Shown: one piece after another, positions 1-8,841 of the stretch
Layout of the letters: the number at the start of each line of letters is the position of its first letter
Position numbering within the stretch: position 1 is the stretch's first letter
Source of the DNA: Thermoplasmata archaeon
GTDB taxonomy: Archaea > Thermoplasmatota > E2 > DHVEG-1
Direction: 5' to 3'
DNA: 64,000 bases
NCBI GenBank assembly: GCA_020054475.1
Contig: JAHWGJ010000006.1
Coordinates: 368-64,367 of the forward strand
The notes under the pieces: generated by a model
What the model saw: only the letters and a program-made list of their open reading frames with translations
What the model was told of the DNA's origin: nothing
The model's database searches: none
Translations under genes and position numbers: made by a program

Positions 1-166
1 TTATTATCAAAGTATAAGGGAAGGAATATTATAAGAGTCCATTTATTTGTCTCCAGACAGGTATGGCCTATCTCCTCCATTTCACCAATAATTATATTTT
101 TTAATCCTTCCCTTTCTCCTTAATAAAATAAATTTATAATTATTAGTTGCCGCTATATCTTATTAT

Positions 167-262
167 TTAAAATTGTCCGCTACCACAATAGTGACATATA
201 CTGTCAATTTCTTCAATATAATCAATTTTATTTCTACAATTTATACAGATATATCTGCTCAT
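167..262 (-). CDS. Zn-ribbon microprotein, 31 aa (not in ORF track)
   Basis: Manual translation MSRYICINCRNKIDYIEEIDSICHYCGSGQF*; two CxxC knuckles with YxC and CxxCGS pattern typical of Rpo12-like zinc ribbons. Confidence 0.6.
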   Translation of the reverse strand: MSRYICINCRNKIDYIEEIDSICHYCGSGQF

Positions 263-284
263 CGTTTGTTATACTCTTTATGTG

Positions 285-431
285 CTACCAAGCAATATCA
301 AATATCTCATCAAATTTTCTCCTATGATGATTGAAATATTTGGTGCAATATTGTTTATATACAATTTTTTCCTTTTTTCTCTTTAATACCAGTTTATGAA
401 GTTTTCTTGTTATTTTAGACATTTCATTCAT
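285..431 (-). CDS. small basic hypothetical protein, 48 aa (not in ORF track)
   Basis: Manual translation MNEMSKITRKLHKLVLKRKKEKIVYKQYCTKYFNHHRRKFDEIFDIAW*; co-directional with and 22 nt upstream of the 167-262 ORF. Confidence 0.35.
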   Translation of the reverse strand: MNEMSKITRKLHKLVLKRKKEKIVYKQYCTKYFNHHRRKFDEIFDIAW

Positions 432-594
432 AATATTATTATAAATATACATTTTACAGATTTATAACAATAATTCTTAATTTCTGGATATTTTTCATTA
501 AAAAAATTGATAATCAAAGGATAATGGTTATATACTTGAGAATTTTATTAAAACTTAATAAGACTATCAAAAGATTGAATAAGTTGAAAAAATA

Positions 595-714
595 ATGTCA
601 ATTTTTTGGTATTGTAATAAGTGTGACTCCGAATTTAGGGTTCCAAGAGTAGATACAAAAACCGATGAGTTATATTGTCTTTATTGCGGAAGTAAACAAA
701 TTGAAAAAAGATGA
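595..714 (+). CDS. Zn-ribbon microprotein, 39 aa (not in ORF track)
   Basis: MSIFWYCNKCDSEFRVPRVDTKTDELYCLYCGSKQIEKR*; CxxC...CxxCGS; TATA-like TTATATA at about 528-534. Confidence 0.65.
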   Translation: MSIFWYCNKCDSEFRVPRVDTKTDELYCLYCGSKQIEKR

Positions 715-881
715 TGGAAATGAATGCAGATCAAATGGAAAAAATGATTTGTAAAATATGTGGAGATGCGATGAAACAGCATGAAAGAGTCAATTATATC
801 TATTATTGCATTAATATCTTTTGTAAATATTATAAGTTATTCATTACAAAAAAATATACAAAAAATAAATCCATTTTTTAA
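714..881 (+). CDS. Zn-finger microprotein, 55 aa (not in ORF track)
   Basis: MEMNADQMEKMICKICGDAMKQHERVNYIYYCINIFCKYY...; CxxCG and CxNxxC; start overlaps the previous stop (TGATG), suggesting translational coupling. Confidence 0.55.
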   Translation: MEMNADQMEKMICKICGDAMKQHERVNYIYYCINIFCKYYKLFITKKYTKNKSIF

Positions 882-907
882 ATTCTTTTTTAAAATAAAC
901 AATGAAA

Positions 908-1327
908 TTATAGAAATTCATCATCGATTATTTTATACTTGTCCTTTCTTGCTTCACTAATAATACCATAAAGTAATAATCTATCTATTGATTTTTCAGT
1001 TTTATTTAGATCTACTCCTTCACTCTCAGCAAGCTTCAATATATCATTACGTGGGGCTAAACCTTTAGGGTTTCCATCTGAAATCCCGCGGATTATCTCC
1101 TTAATTGATATAATCTCCCCAAATCTTGTTTTAATTTCATCACCTGAAATCTGGTCAAGTTCCTCCTTGAGCGTATTCCTAGTATCAATTACATTTTCTA
1201 TGTATTTCCGAAATCTAACATTTAAAAAATTCTCAAGACTGATATTATATTTCTCTGCTTTTTCAATCAAATCTCTCCTGATTCCCAATTTCATTTCTAT
1301 TTTTTCAGTTTTCTCCATATTAATCAC
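908..1327 (-). CDS. CcdA/RHH-like N-terminus fused to MCM C-terminal-type winged helix
   Basis: N-term KLGIRRDLIEKAEKYNISLENFL resembles CcdA/RHH; C-term IKEIIRGIS..APRNDILKLAESEGVD..TEKSIDRLLLYGIISEARKDKYKII resembles the archaeal MCM WH domain. Confidence 0.6.
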   Translation of the reverse strand: MINMEKTEKIEMKLGIRRDLIEKAEKYNISLENFLNVRFRKYIENVIDTRNTLKEELDQISGDEIKTRFGEIISIKEIIRGISDGNPKGLAPRNDILKLAESEGVDLNKTEKSIDRLLLYGIISEARKDKYKIIDDEFL

Positions 1328-1339
1328 TTAAATTAAATT

Positions 1340-1765
1340 TTATCTTACAATCATGACAGAGCATTTTGCATGTCTTAATACTTTCTCAGAAACGCTTCCT
1401 ATCATTATTCTTTCAATATTAGAATGACCTTTACTACCTAAAATAATCAAATCATTCTGATTAGCTGATTTGATAATTTCATCATAAGGTGTACCTCCAT
1501 CAATTAATTTTGTTGTACATTTTATATTCATAGATTTTCCAATTTGGTCAATTTCATATAGATATTCTTCAGCTTGTTCTCTTCTAATTTTTGTAAACGA
1601 ATGAAAAAAATCATGATCTTTAGAATAACGGAAAGGATCTAAAACGCAGATAATAATAACTTCTACATCAATTTTTTTAGCGATAAAAAATGCTTTTTTT
1701 GCAGTGATTTTAGCAAAATCAGATCCATCTATTGGAAGTATTATCCGTTCAAATTCTTTTTCCAT
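1340..1765 (-). CDS. universal stress protein (UspA family)
   Basis: IILPIDGS start, DLIILGSKG..IGSVSEKVLRHAKCSVMIVR end. Confidence 0.95.
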   Translation of the reverse strand: MEKEFERIILPIDGSDFAKITAKKAFFIAKKIDVEVIIICVLDPFRYSKDHDFFHSFTKIRREQAEEYLYEIDQIGKSMNIKCTTKLIDGGTPYDEIIKSANQNDLIILGSKGHSNIERIMIGSVSEKVLRHAKCSVMIVR

Positions 1766-2198
1766 GTTTTTAAGATATTTCTAATAACTATTTATATTTA
1801 TTTTTAATCAACCAAAGCTTATTATAAAATCAAAATTTTTTAGTTTATTATTGATGACTATCGATCCAGGGGGTTAGTGTAGTATGATATACCAATCAGC
1901 CCTTTTACTAAATATTTAAATCACCTAGATTACATTATGGATATTGATGATGCATAGACGAAAATACCAGCAAAATGCGCTCTAATTCTCCACATTTTTC
2001 ATATTAAATCAACAATTTTTAGTAATATTACATGTTATAAATGTCAAAAATCTTATTTCAAAAGTTACATTCGGAACTACTGCATTAATAGAAACATTTT
2101 TATAGTAGTGCAAATATAGTGTAAGATGTCTTTGTAGAAAAATTTATATGATTTATTTAAATCATATGGTTGGAATTAAATAATTTGGTGAGATTTAT

Positions 2199-4403
2199 AT
2201 GATAAAAAGAGAAGTTTTATTAAAGGTTTCTGAAGCATTTCAACAAGATGTAGGTTACGGAAGAGCTCGAATTGATTCTCAATCAAGAATGGAACTTGAT
2301 TTGTCTGTTGGAGAAGTTATTGAAATTGAAGGTGACAAAATAACTGCAGCAGTAGTCTGGAGAGCTCACCCATCAGATGAAGGTAAAAAAATAATTCGAA
2401 TTGATAATCTTACAAGAAAAAATGCAGGAGTAGGCCTAGGCGATACAGCAAAAATAAGGATTGCAGAATTAAATGAAGCAAAACAAGTAGTTCTAGCTCC
2501 ATTATTACCAGAGGGACAAAGACTTCATGTGGGAACAGGTATTGAAGCTTTAATAAAGAAAGGATTGTTAAAAAGACCTATAGCTAAAGGAGATCGGATA
2601 ATTGTACCACATTCTGCTTTGTTTTCATTACCTTTTGCAATAATTAATACCTCGCCAGGAGGAATTGTTTTAATTAGCGAAGGTACAGAAATTAAAGTTA
2701 AAGAAGAAGCTGCAAAAACTCTCGAACCAGAAGGACCTAGAGTAAGTTATGAAGATATTGGAGGGCTAAAGGAAGAATTAGAAAGAGTAAAAGAAATGAT
2801 CCAGCTCCCAATAAAACATCCAAAAATATTTCATAGATTAGGGATAGAACCTCCTAAAGGTGTATTACTACATGGCCCCCCTGGAACTGGAAAAACTTTA
2901 ATTGCAAAAGCAGTTGCTAATGAATCTGGTGCAAGTTTCTATACAATAAATGGCCCTGAAATTATGAGTAAATTCTATGGTCAAAGTGAAGAAAATTTGA
3001 GGAAAATATTTGAAGATGCTGAAAAAAACGCTCCTTCAATAATATTTATTGACGAAATAGATGCCATTGCACCAAAGAGAAGTGAAGTACATGGAGAAGT
3101 TGAAAGAAGAGTTGTATCTCAGTTATTAACTCTTATGGATGGATTGAAAGGAAGAGGTAAATTAATTGTTATTGGTGCAACAAATATTCCTGATTCAATG
3201 GACCCTGCATTAAGAAGACCGGGGAGATTTGATAGAGAAATAAGAATTGATGCGCCAGATAGAGATGGTAGAAATGAGATTCTTCAAATACATACAAGGG
3301 AGATGCCAATAAGTAAAGATTGTGATTTGGAAAAATTATCGGATGTAACCTATGGATTTGTTGGTGCAGATTTAGCCGCATTGGCTCGAGAAGCCGCTAT
3401 GAATGCAATGAGAAGATATCTACCTGAAATAGATTTAGATAAGCCAATACCGGTTGATTTGCTCGAAAAAATGGAAGTATCAATGGATGATTTTAAAAAT
3501 GCACAAAGAGGAATTGAACCTTCTGCTATGAGAGAATTTTTTGTTGAATTACCAAAAGTAAAATGGACTGATGTTGGAGGTTTAGATCAAGTAAAACAAA
3601 ATCTTAAAGAATCTGTAGAATGGCCTCTATCGCAGCCTGAAATATTTGAAAGAATGGGCATTACACCGCCAACAGGAATATTACTTTATGGTCCACCAGG
3701 TACTGGTAAAACACTCCTAGCAAAAGCAATTGCGAATGAATCAAAAGCTAATTTTATATCGATTAAAGGACCTGAAGTGATGAGTAAATGGGTGGGTGAA
3801 AGTGAAAAGGCTGTTAGAGAATTATTTAAAAAAGCTAAGCAAGTTTCCCCGACAATTGTATTTTTAGATGAAATTGATGCAATAGCGCCAAGAAGAGGGG
3901 CTTATTCTGGATCTCATGTTACTGAAAGTGTTGTTAATCAGATTTTAACAAGCATTGACGGTTTGGAAAGTATGGAAGGTGTAATAATTATTGGTGCTAC
4001 TAATAGACCAGATATATTAGATACAAGTTTACTAAGACCCGGTAGATTTGACAGATTATTATTAGTTCCTGCTCCAGATTTTGAAGCAAGAAAAGAAATA
4101 TTTGAAATTCATACAAAAAATATGCCACTTGATAAAGATATATCATTAAGTGAATTATCTGACAAAACAGAAGGTTTTACTGGTGCGGATATTGAAGGTT
4201 TATGCAGAGAGGCTGCAATGTTATCTTTAAGAAAAAATATTAAATCTAAAAAGGTTGTAATGGATAATTTTGAAAAAGCCATGTATTCTATAAGACCTAG
4301 TATAACTGAAAGTGTTATTAATTATTATAAAGAAATTTCAAAAGATTTGGGAGCTGGAGTATCCAAAAAAGATAAAAGCGAAAAAGATATTCAATATACA
4401 TAG
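2199..4403 (+). CDS. cdc48: CDC48/VAT AAA+ ATPase
   Basis: Double-psi barrel N-domain, two AAA modules with [29 protein letters not shown]. Confidence 0.97.
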   Translation: MIKREVLLKVSEAFQQDVGYGRARIDSQSRMELDLSVGEVIEIEGDKITAAVVWRAHPSDEGKKIIRIDNLTRKNAGVGLGDTAKIRIAELNEAKQVVLAPLLPEGQRLHVGTGIEALIKKGLLKRPIAKGDRIIVPHSALFSLPFAIINTSPGGIVLISEGTEIKVKEEAAKTLEPEGPRVSYEDIGGLKEELERVKEMIQLPIKHPKIFHRLGIEPPKGVLLHGPPGTGKTLIAKAVANESGASFYTINGPEIMSKFYGQSEENLRKIFEDAEKNAPSIIFIDEIDAIAPKRSEVHGEVERRVVSQLLTLMDGLKGRGKLIVIGATNIPDSMDPALRRPGRFDREIRIDAPDRDGRNEILQIHTREMPISKDCDLEKLSDVTYGFVGADLAALAREAAMNAMRRYLPEIDLDKPIPVDLLEKMEVSMDDFKNAQRGIEPSAMREFFVELPKVKWTDVGGLDQVKQNLKESVEWPLSQPEIFERMGITPPTGILLYGPPGTGKTLLAKAIANESKANFISIKGPEVMSKWVGESEKAVRELFKKAKQVSPTIVFLDEIDAIAPRRGAYSGSHVTESVVNQILTSIDGLESMEGVIIIGATNRPDILDTSLLRPGRFDRLLLVPAPDFEARKEIFEIHTKNMPLDKDISLSELSDKTEGFTGADIEGLCREAAMLSLRKNIKSKKVVMDNFEKAMYSIRPSITESVINYYKEISKDLGAGVSKKDKSEKDIQYT

Positions 4404-4431
4404 ATTAAAAGTTAACATAGGATGGAGAAAA

Positions 4432-4668
4432 ATGAAGATAACTGAAGATGAATTGAGAGGGAAAACTGTAATGAGTGAGGAAGGTTTATACTTAGGTATT
4501 TTAAGAAATTCCACCGTTGATGAAAAAACAGGTGAATTAATCAATTTACTAATTGAACCTTCAGACGATGTTGATCCTAGATTATATCATTTGGATAAAA
4601 AAGGACACCTAATTTTTCCTTTCAGCTCAATAAAATCCGTAAAAGATGTAATTATTATTGGCGCATAG
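4432..4668 (+). CDS. PRC-barrel domain protein (CdpB2-like cell-division protein)
   Basis: True start likely ATG 4432 after GGAG; LRGKTVMSEEGLYLG...IFPFSSIKSVKDVIII is a single PRC barrel. Confidence 0.8.
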   Translation: MKITEDELRGKTVMSEEGLYLGILRNSTVDEKTGELINLLIEPSDDVDPRLYHLDKKGHLIFPFSSIKSVKDVIIIGA

Positions 4669-4746
4669 CCAATATTTCTTTAATTAAAACATTAAAAATT
4701 TTTTAAATATTTATTTAGTTTTTTATATGTTAATGAATTTAGGGGG

Positions 4747-4940
4747 AGACCCCTATGTTTCCACTGGAACTTAATATTAATTTCAGTATAAAAAAACAAA
4801 AAAAAGCTTAACGTTAGTATTGATAATTACGTATTAAATTTTTAATATTTGAATGTAACGTTATTTTAAAATATATAATTATAAAGATTTAATTAAGAGT
4901 TTACCAAAAATTTATTATCTCCAAACGAAATAAGGGGTCT
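4747..4940. other. chromosomal replication origin (oriC): inverted ORB pair flanking an AT-rich DUE
   Basis: ORB on - strand 4747-4770 (GTTCCAGTGGAAACATAGGGGTCT), ORB on + strand 4918-4940 (TCTCCAAACGAAATAAGGGGTCT), extremely AT-rich spacer with two TAACGTTA palindromes (4809, 4856), immediately upstream of cdc6. Confidence 0.88.
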
Positions 4941-4989
4941 TCCTTATCATAATGAATTTAATAATTATATTGGGGAGTTCTAAAAAAAA

Positions 4990-6261
4990 TTGGAGGTGGT
5001 TTATTTTCCTAAAAAAATAGTTGAAAGTGATATATTCGGTAGATTATTAAAATCTGATGGCCTTTTTATAGATAGAGAAGCAATGAGGCATACATATATA
5101 CCTTCAGAATTACCCCATAGATTAAAAGAAATTAATGATATTGCATCAGTTATGGTACCGGCGTTACGGGGGGAAACACCATCAAATATTTTTATTTACG
5201 GTAAAACTGGAACAGGTAAAACCGCTGTCACTAAATTTGTCGGCCAACAATTAATTAATAAAGGAAAAGAAACAGGGAAATCAGTAAATTTTATTTACAT
5301 CAACTGCGAAATAGTAGACACACAATATAGGCTACTTCAAAACATAACAAATCATTTTATCAGTGAATGGTCAGAAAGAGTTCCGTTTACTGGTTGGCCA
5401 ACAGATGAAGTATATTCAAAATTAATAAAGCTAATAGATAAAAACGGCGGCGTTACTGTAATAATATTAGACGAAGTTGATAAACTAAAAGGAGATGAAG
5501 CTCTTTATAATCTATCTAGAATAAACAGTAGTTTAAAAAATTCTAAAGTATCCATTATTGGTATTTCAAATGATTTAAGATTTACTGAGATATTAGACCC
5601 AAGAGTAAGATCTAGTTTAGGGGAGGAGAATATGATATTTCCACCATATGATGCTGGTGAAATTAAGGATATTTTGGAACAAAGAGCAATTATTGCACTA
5701 AAACCAAATTCATTAGATGACGATGTTATACCTCTATGCTCTGCACTTGCTGCACAAGAACACGGTGATGCTAGGAGGGCATTGGATCTTTTAAGAATTT
5801 CAGCAGAACTTGCAGAAAGAAAGAATTCCAAAAAAATTTCAAGAAAATTTGTTAAATCAGCTCAAAATAAAATTGAAGTAGACAGAATATTGGAGGTAGT
5901 AAGAACGCTTCCCTCACAATCAAAAACAATTTTATTATCGGTAATATTACAAGAAAAACACAATAAAAATTCAGGCATACGCGGAGCAATAACGACTGGC
6001 GAGGTTTATGAAATTTATAAAGAATTATGTAAAAAAATTAGAACAGATTCATTAACTCAAAGGAGAGTTGCTGATCTAATATCTGAATTGGATATGTTAG
6101 GTATCATTACTGCACGTGTTATTTCAAAAGGTAGATATGGCAGAACAAGGGAAATAAATGTTTCATCTTCATCAGAAGAAATACTTAAAATTTTAAAGGA
6201 AGATGATTTTTTTAAAAGTTTAACTGAATATAAATTCAGTGGGCAAACACGTTTAATATAA
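4990..6261 (+). CDS. cdc6: Orc1/Cdc6 replication initiator
   Basis: LPHR, YGKTGTGKT, YINC, ILDEVD, GDARRALDLLR, C-terminal WH with ISELDMLGII..SKGRYGRT; exact start uncertain. Confidence 0.97.
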   Translation: MEVVYFPKKIVESDIFGRLLKSDGLFIDREAMRHTYIPSELPHRLKEINDIASVMVPALRGETPSNIFIYGKTGTGKTAVTKFVGQQLINKGKETGKSVNFIYINCEIVDTQYRLLQNITNHFISEWSERVPFTGWPTDEVYSKLIKLIDKNGGVTVIILDEVDKLKGDEALYNLSRINSSLKNSKVSIIGISNDLRFTEILDPRVRSSLGEENMIFPPYDAGEIKDILEQRAIIALKPNSLDDDVIPLCSALAAQEHGDARRALDLLRISAELAERKNSKKISRKFVKSAQNKIEVDRILEVVRTLPSQSKTILLSVILQEKHNKNSGIRGAITTGEVYEIYKELCKKIRTDSLTQRRVADLISELDMLGIITARVISKGRYGRTREINVSSSSEEILKILKEDDFFKSLTEYKFSGQTRLI

Positions 6262-6305
6262 TATTAAAATAACTCATTTAGTAAGTTAACAGTTAAATAA
6301 AGCTA

Positions 6306-6442
6306 GGGGGAAACTGGGCATTTAGTTTTTTATATGTGATCTGCATTTGAACCCCTCAACTTTCAAATGCAATAAATGTCACCTTTTAGGAATCGGGTAA
6401 TAAATTGAAAGCCCATAACAAATATTGTTTCAATTTTCCCCC
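6306..6442 (+). ncRNA. candidate structured RNA / 3' element downstream of cdc6
   Basis: Nested complementary segments 6306-13/6435-42, 6315-32/6398-6415 (G-U pairs on + strand), 6336-40/6378-82, perfect 10-bp stem 6342-51/6362-71. Confidence 0.4.
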
Positions 6443-6487
6443 CCGCAATATAGTTAATTAGTTTATAGTAAATAAATTTTTCATTAA

Positions 6488-6772
6488 TTATCCAACATAA
6501 TGAGGCATCTCTTTTTCGCCGTTATTATCATTATTTGGTTTAGCATCTATTATATCAATTGCAAGTATTACATGTAATGGGATGATTCGAATTTTATTTT
6601 CCATATCACCATGTTTCTCAGATAATTTCAATAAAAGTCCTATTTCATCTAATCCAATATTCATATAACCTTCAAAATAACCTTCACTTTCTAAAATATT
6701 TTCTTTTCCACCTAATGAAAAGATATTATATTTAGACCCATTTGTTAATTCTAGATTTGTTTTTTCTGTCAT
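6488..6772 (-). CDS. hypothetical protein (small beta-rich, possibly Sm-like)
   Basis: 94-aa ORF 2 nt downstream of the HTH gene; alternating beta-strand pattern ending IRIIPLHVILAIDII. Confidence 0.7.
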   Translation of the reverse strand: MTEKTNLELTNGSKYNIFSLGGKENILESEGYFEGYMNIGLDEIGLLLKLSEKHGDMENKIRIIPLHVILAIDIIDAKPNNDNNGEKEMPHYVG

Positions 6773-6774
6773 TA

Positions 6775-7215
6775 TTATACCTTCTTTGAATTATCCATTA
6801 TTTTTTGTAAATGTTCAACTGTCTTACCATAATTTTCAACAGCTACTTTAATATGTGCTTCGACAAAATTCCAAGCTTTTTCAAGATTTCCATATCTCAA
6901 TCTATACGCTTTCTTATTTTGTTTTGATATTTCATCAAATATTTGCATTTCCTCTAAAATATCAAAACCTTTTAATTTGTTTAAGTGTCTATATATTGTT
7001 GGTTTAGAGGTTTTTAATTTATTTGAAATCTCTTCTACAAACCAAGCTTTAGAAGGATTTTTTATAAAAAAATCTGCAAAAATTTTATACGGGATTTTCG
7101 GGTCTGCCCCCTTTGAAATATAGCCAATCTGCTCAAAGAAAATTTTCGCTACAATTTCAGGATTCATTTCACCATTTAAAGGTGTATTACTTACAACCTG
7201 AATTTCAAAACCCAT
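6775..7215 (-). CDS. winged-helix transcriptional regulator (ArsR/TFE-like HTH)
   Basis: VEEISNKLKTSKPTIYRHLNKLKGFDILE helix-turn-helix. Confidence 0.8.
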   Translation of the reverse strand: MGFEIQVVSNTPLNGEMNPEIVAKIFFEQIGYISKGADPKIPYKIFADFFIKNPSKAWFVEEISNKLKTSKPTIYRHLNKLKGFDILEEMQIFDEISKQNKKAYRLRYGNLEKAWNFVEAHIKVAVENYGKTVEHLQKIMDNSKKV

Positions 7216-7445
7216 GATTAAACCTATAGTGTAATAATAATACCTTTTTATAAGATTTGTTAAATGATGTAAACAATATATATGGCGGATAATTTAAACA
7301 TTAATTAGATATCATGAGTTTTTAAAATTGTATATTAAGTATCTCTTTTAATATTAATTTTTTTTAAAATTTTTATAACTTCATATCAATAAAGTTTTAA
7401 TATTAAATATATGTTCGGGAATCACCTAATTATTGGAGGAATGTT

Positions 7446-8783
7446 ATGAATAAGAACGTTGAATCATTCATGGAAGATATAATATTTAAAAACCCTGGGG
7501 AGAAGGAATTTCACCAAGCAGTTAGAGAAGTTGCTGAAAGCGTAATGCCATATATTGAAAAGAATCCAAGATATAAAAAGTATAAAATTTTAGAGAGAAT
7601 TGCTGAACCGGAAAGAGTAATAATGTTTAGAGTTCCCTGGTTAGATGATACTGGCGAAATCCAAATTAATAGAGGATATCGTATTCAAATGAATAGTGCT
7701 ATTGGTCCGTATAAAGGTGGATTAAGATTACATCCAAGTGTTAATTTAGGAATTTTAAAATTTTTAGCTTTTGAACAGGTTTTTAAAAATAGTTTAACTA
7801 CACTTCCAATGGGTGGTGCAAAAGGAGGATCAAATTTTGATCCTAAAGGAAAATCAGATAACGAAGTAATGAGATTTTGCCAAAGTTTTATGACTGAACT
7901 TCAAAGACATATTGGACCAAATACTGATGTTCCTGCTGGAGATATAGGAGTTGGAGGAAGAGAAATTGGTTTTTTATTTGGGCAATATAGAAAAATTAAA
8001 AATGAATTTTCAGGAATTTTAACAGGGAAAGCTCTTAACTGGGGTGGAAGTTTGATTAGACCTGAAGCAACAGGTTATGGTGCTGTATATTTTGCTCAAG
8101 AAATGTTGAAGACTAAAAAAGAAGAAATTAAGAATAAAATTTGTACAGTATCAGGATCTGGAAATGTTGCTCAATATGCAGTAGAAAAACTTAATCATTT
8201 AGGCGGTAAAGCTGTAGCACTTTCAGATTCATCTGGAATGATATATGATCCAGATGGTATTGATGAAAAAAAGTTACAGTTTGTGATGGAACTTAAGAAT
8301 ATTAAACGGGGTAGGATAAAAGAATATGCGGATAAATATGGTGTGAAATATTTTGCTGATAAAAGACCTTGGGGGATTCCTTGTGACATTGCATTTCCAT
8401 CTGCAACACAAAATGAAATCAGCAAAAATGATGCAAAGAAACTGATTGATAATGGGTGTTATTGTGTATCTGAAGGAGCTAATATGCCAACTGTACCTGA
8501 AGGAGTGGACGTATTTATGAATGCAAAGATACTTTATGGGTCAGGAAAAGCAGCAAATGCTGGTGGAGTTGCTACAAGCGGTTTGGAAATGTCTCAAAAT
8601 AGTTTAAGATTAGCTTGGTCTAGAGAAGAAGTGGATGAAAAATTACATAATATAATGGTAAATATTCATAAATCCTGTATAAAATATGGAAAAGATGGAA
8701 ATTTTATAAATTATGTAAATGGAGCAAATATTGCTGGATTTGTGAAAGTTGCGGATGCAATGATTGATCAAGGGCTTGTATAA
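7446..8783 (+). CDS. gdhA: NADP-specific glutamate dehydrogenase
   Basis: GPYKGGLRLHP, MGGAKGG, DVPAGDIGVG, SGSGNVAQ, EGANMP, KAANAGGV; GGAGG RBS. Confidence 0.97.
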   Translation: MNKNVESFMEDIIFKNPGEKEFHQAVREVAESVMPYIEKNPRYKKYKILERIAEPERVIMFRVPWLDDTGEIQINRGYRIQMNSAIGPYKGGLRLHPSVNLGILKFLAFEQVFKNSLTTLPMGGAKGGSNFDPKGKSDNEVMRFCQSFMTELQRHIGPNTDVPAGDIGVGGREIGFLFGQYRKIKNEFSGILTGKALNWGGSLIRPEATGYGAVYFAQEMLKTKKEEIKNKICTVSGSGNVAQYAVEKLNHLGGKAVALSDSSGMIYDPDGIDEKKLQFVMELKNIKRGRIKEYADKYGVKYFADKRPWGIPCDIAFPSATQNEISKNDAKKLIDNGCYCVSEGANMPTVPEGVDVFMNAKILYGSGKAANAGGVATSGLEMSQNSLRLAWSREEVDEKLHNIMVNIHKSCIKYGKDGNFINYVNGANIAGFVKVADAMIDQGLV

Positions 8784-8841
8784 GCCTTTTCTCAATTTTT
8801 TTTATACAAAAATACGTATTAACTTCAATTATTGTTTATTA

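Noticed and set aside
1852-1905. GC-richer patch with TGATGA and a weak hairpin between uspA and cdc48 (C/D sRNA or riboswitch)
   Set aside because: No matching D box at suitable distance and the stem has several mismatches
4312-4431. N-terminal extension of the PRC-barrel ORF
   Set aside because: Overlaps cdc48 in another frame; RBS and domain start support ATG 4432
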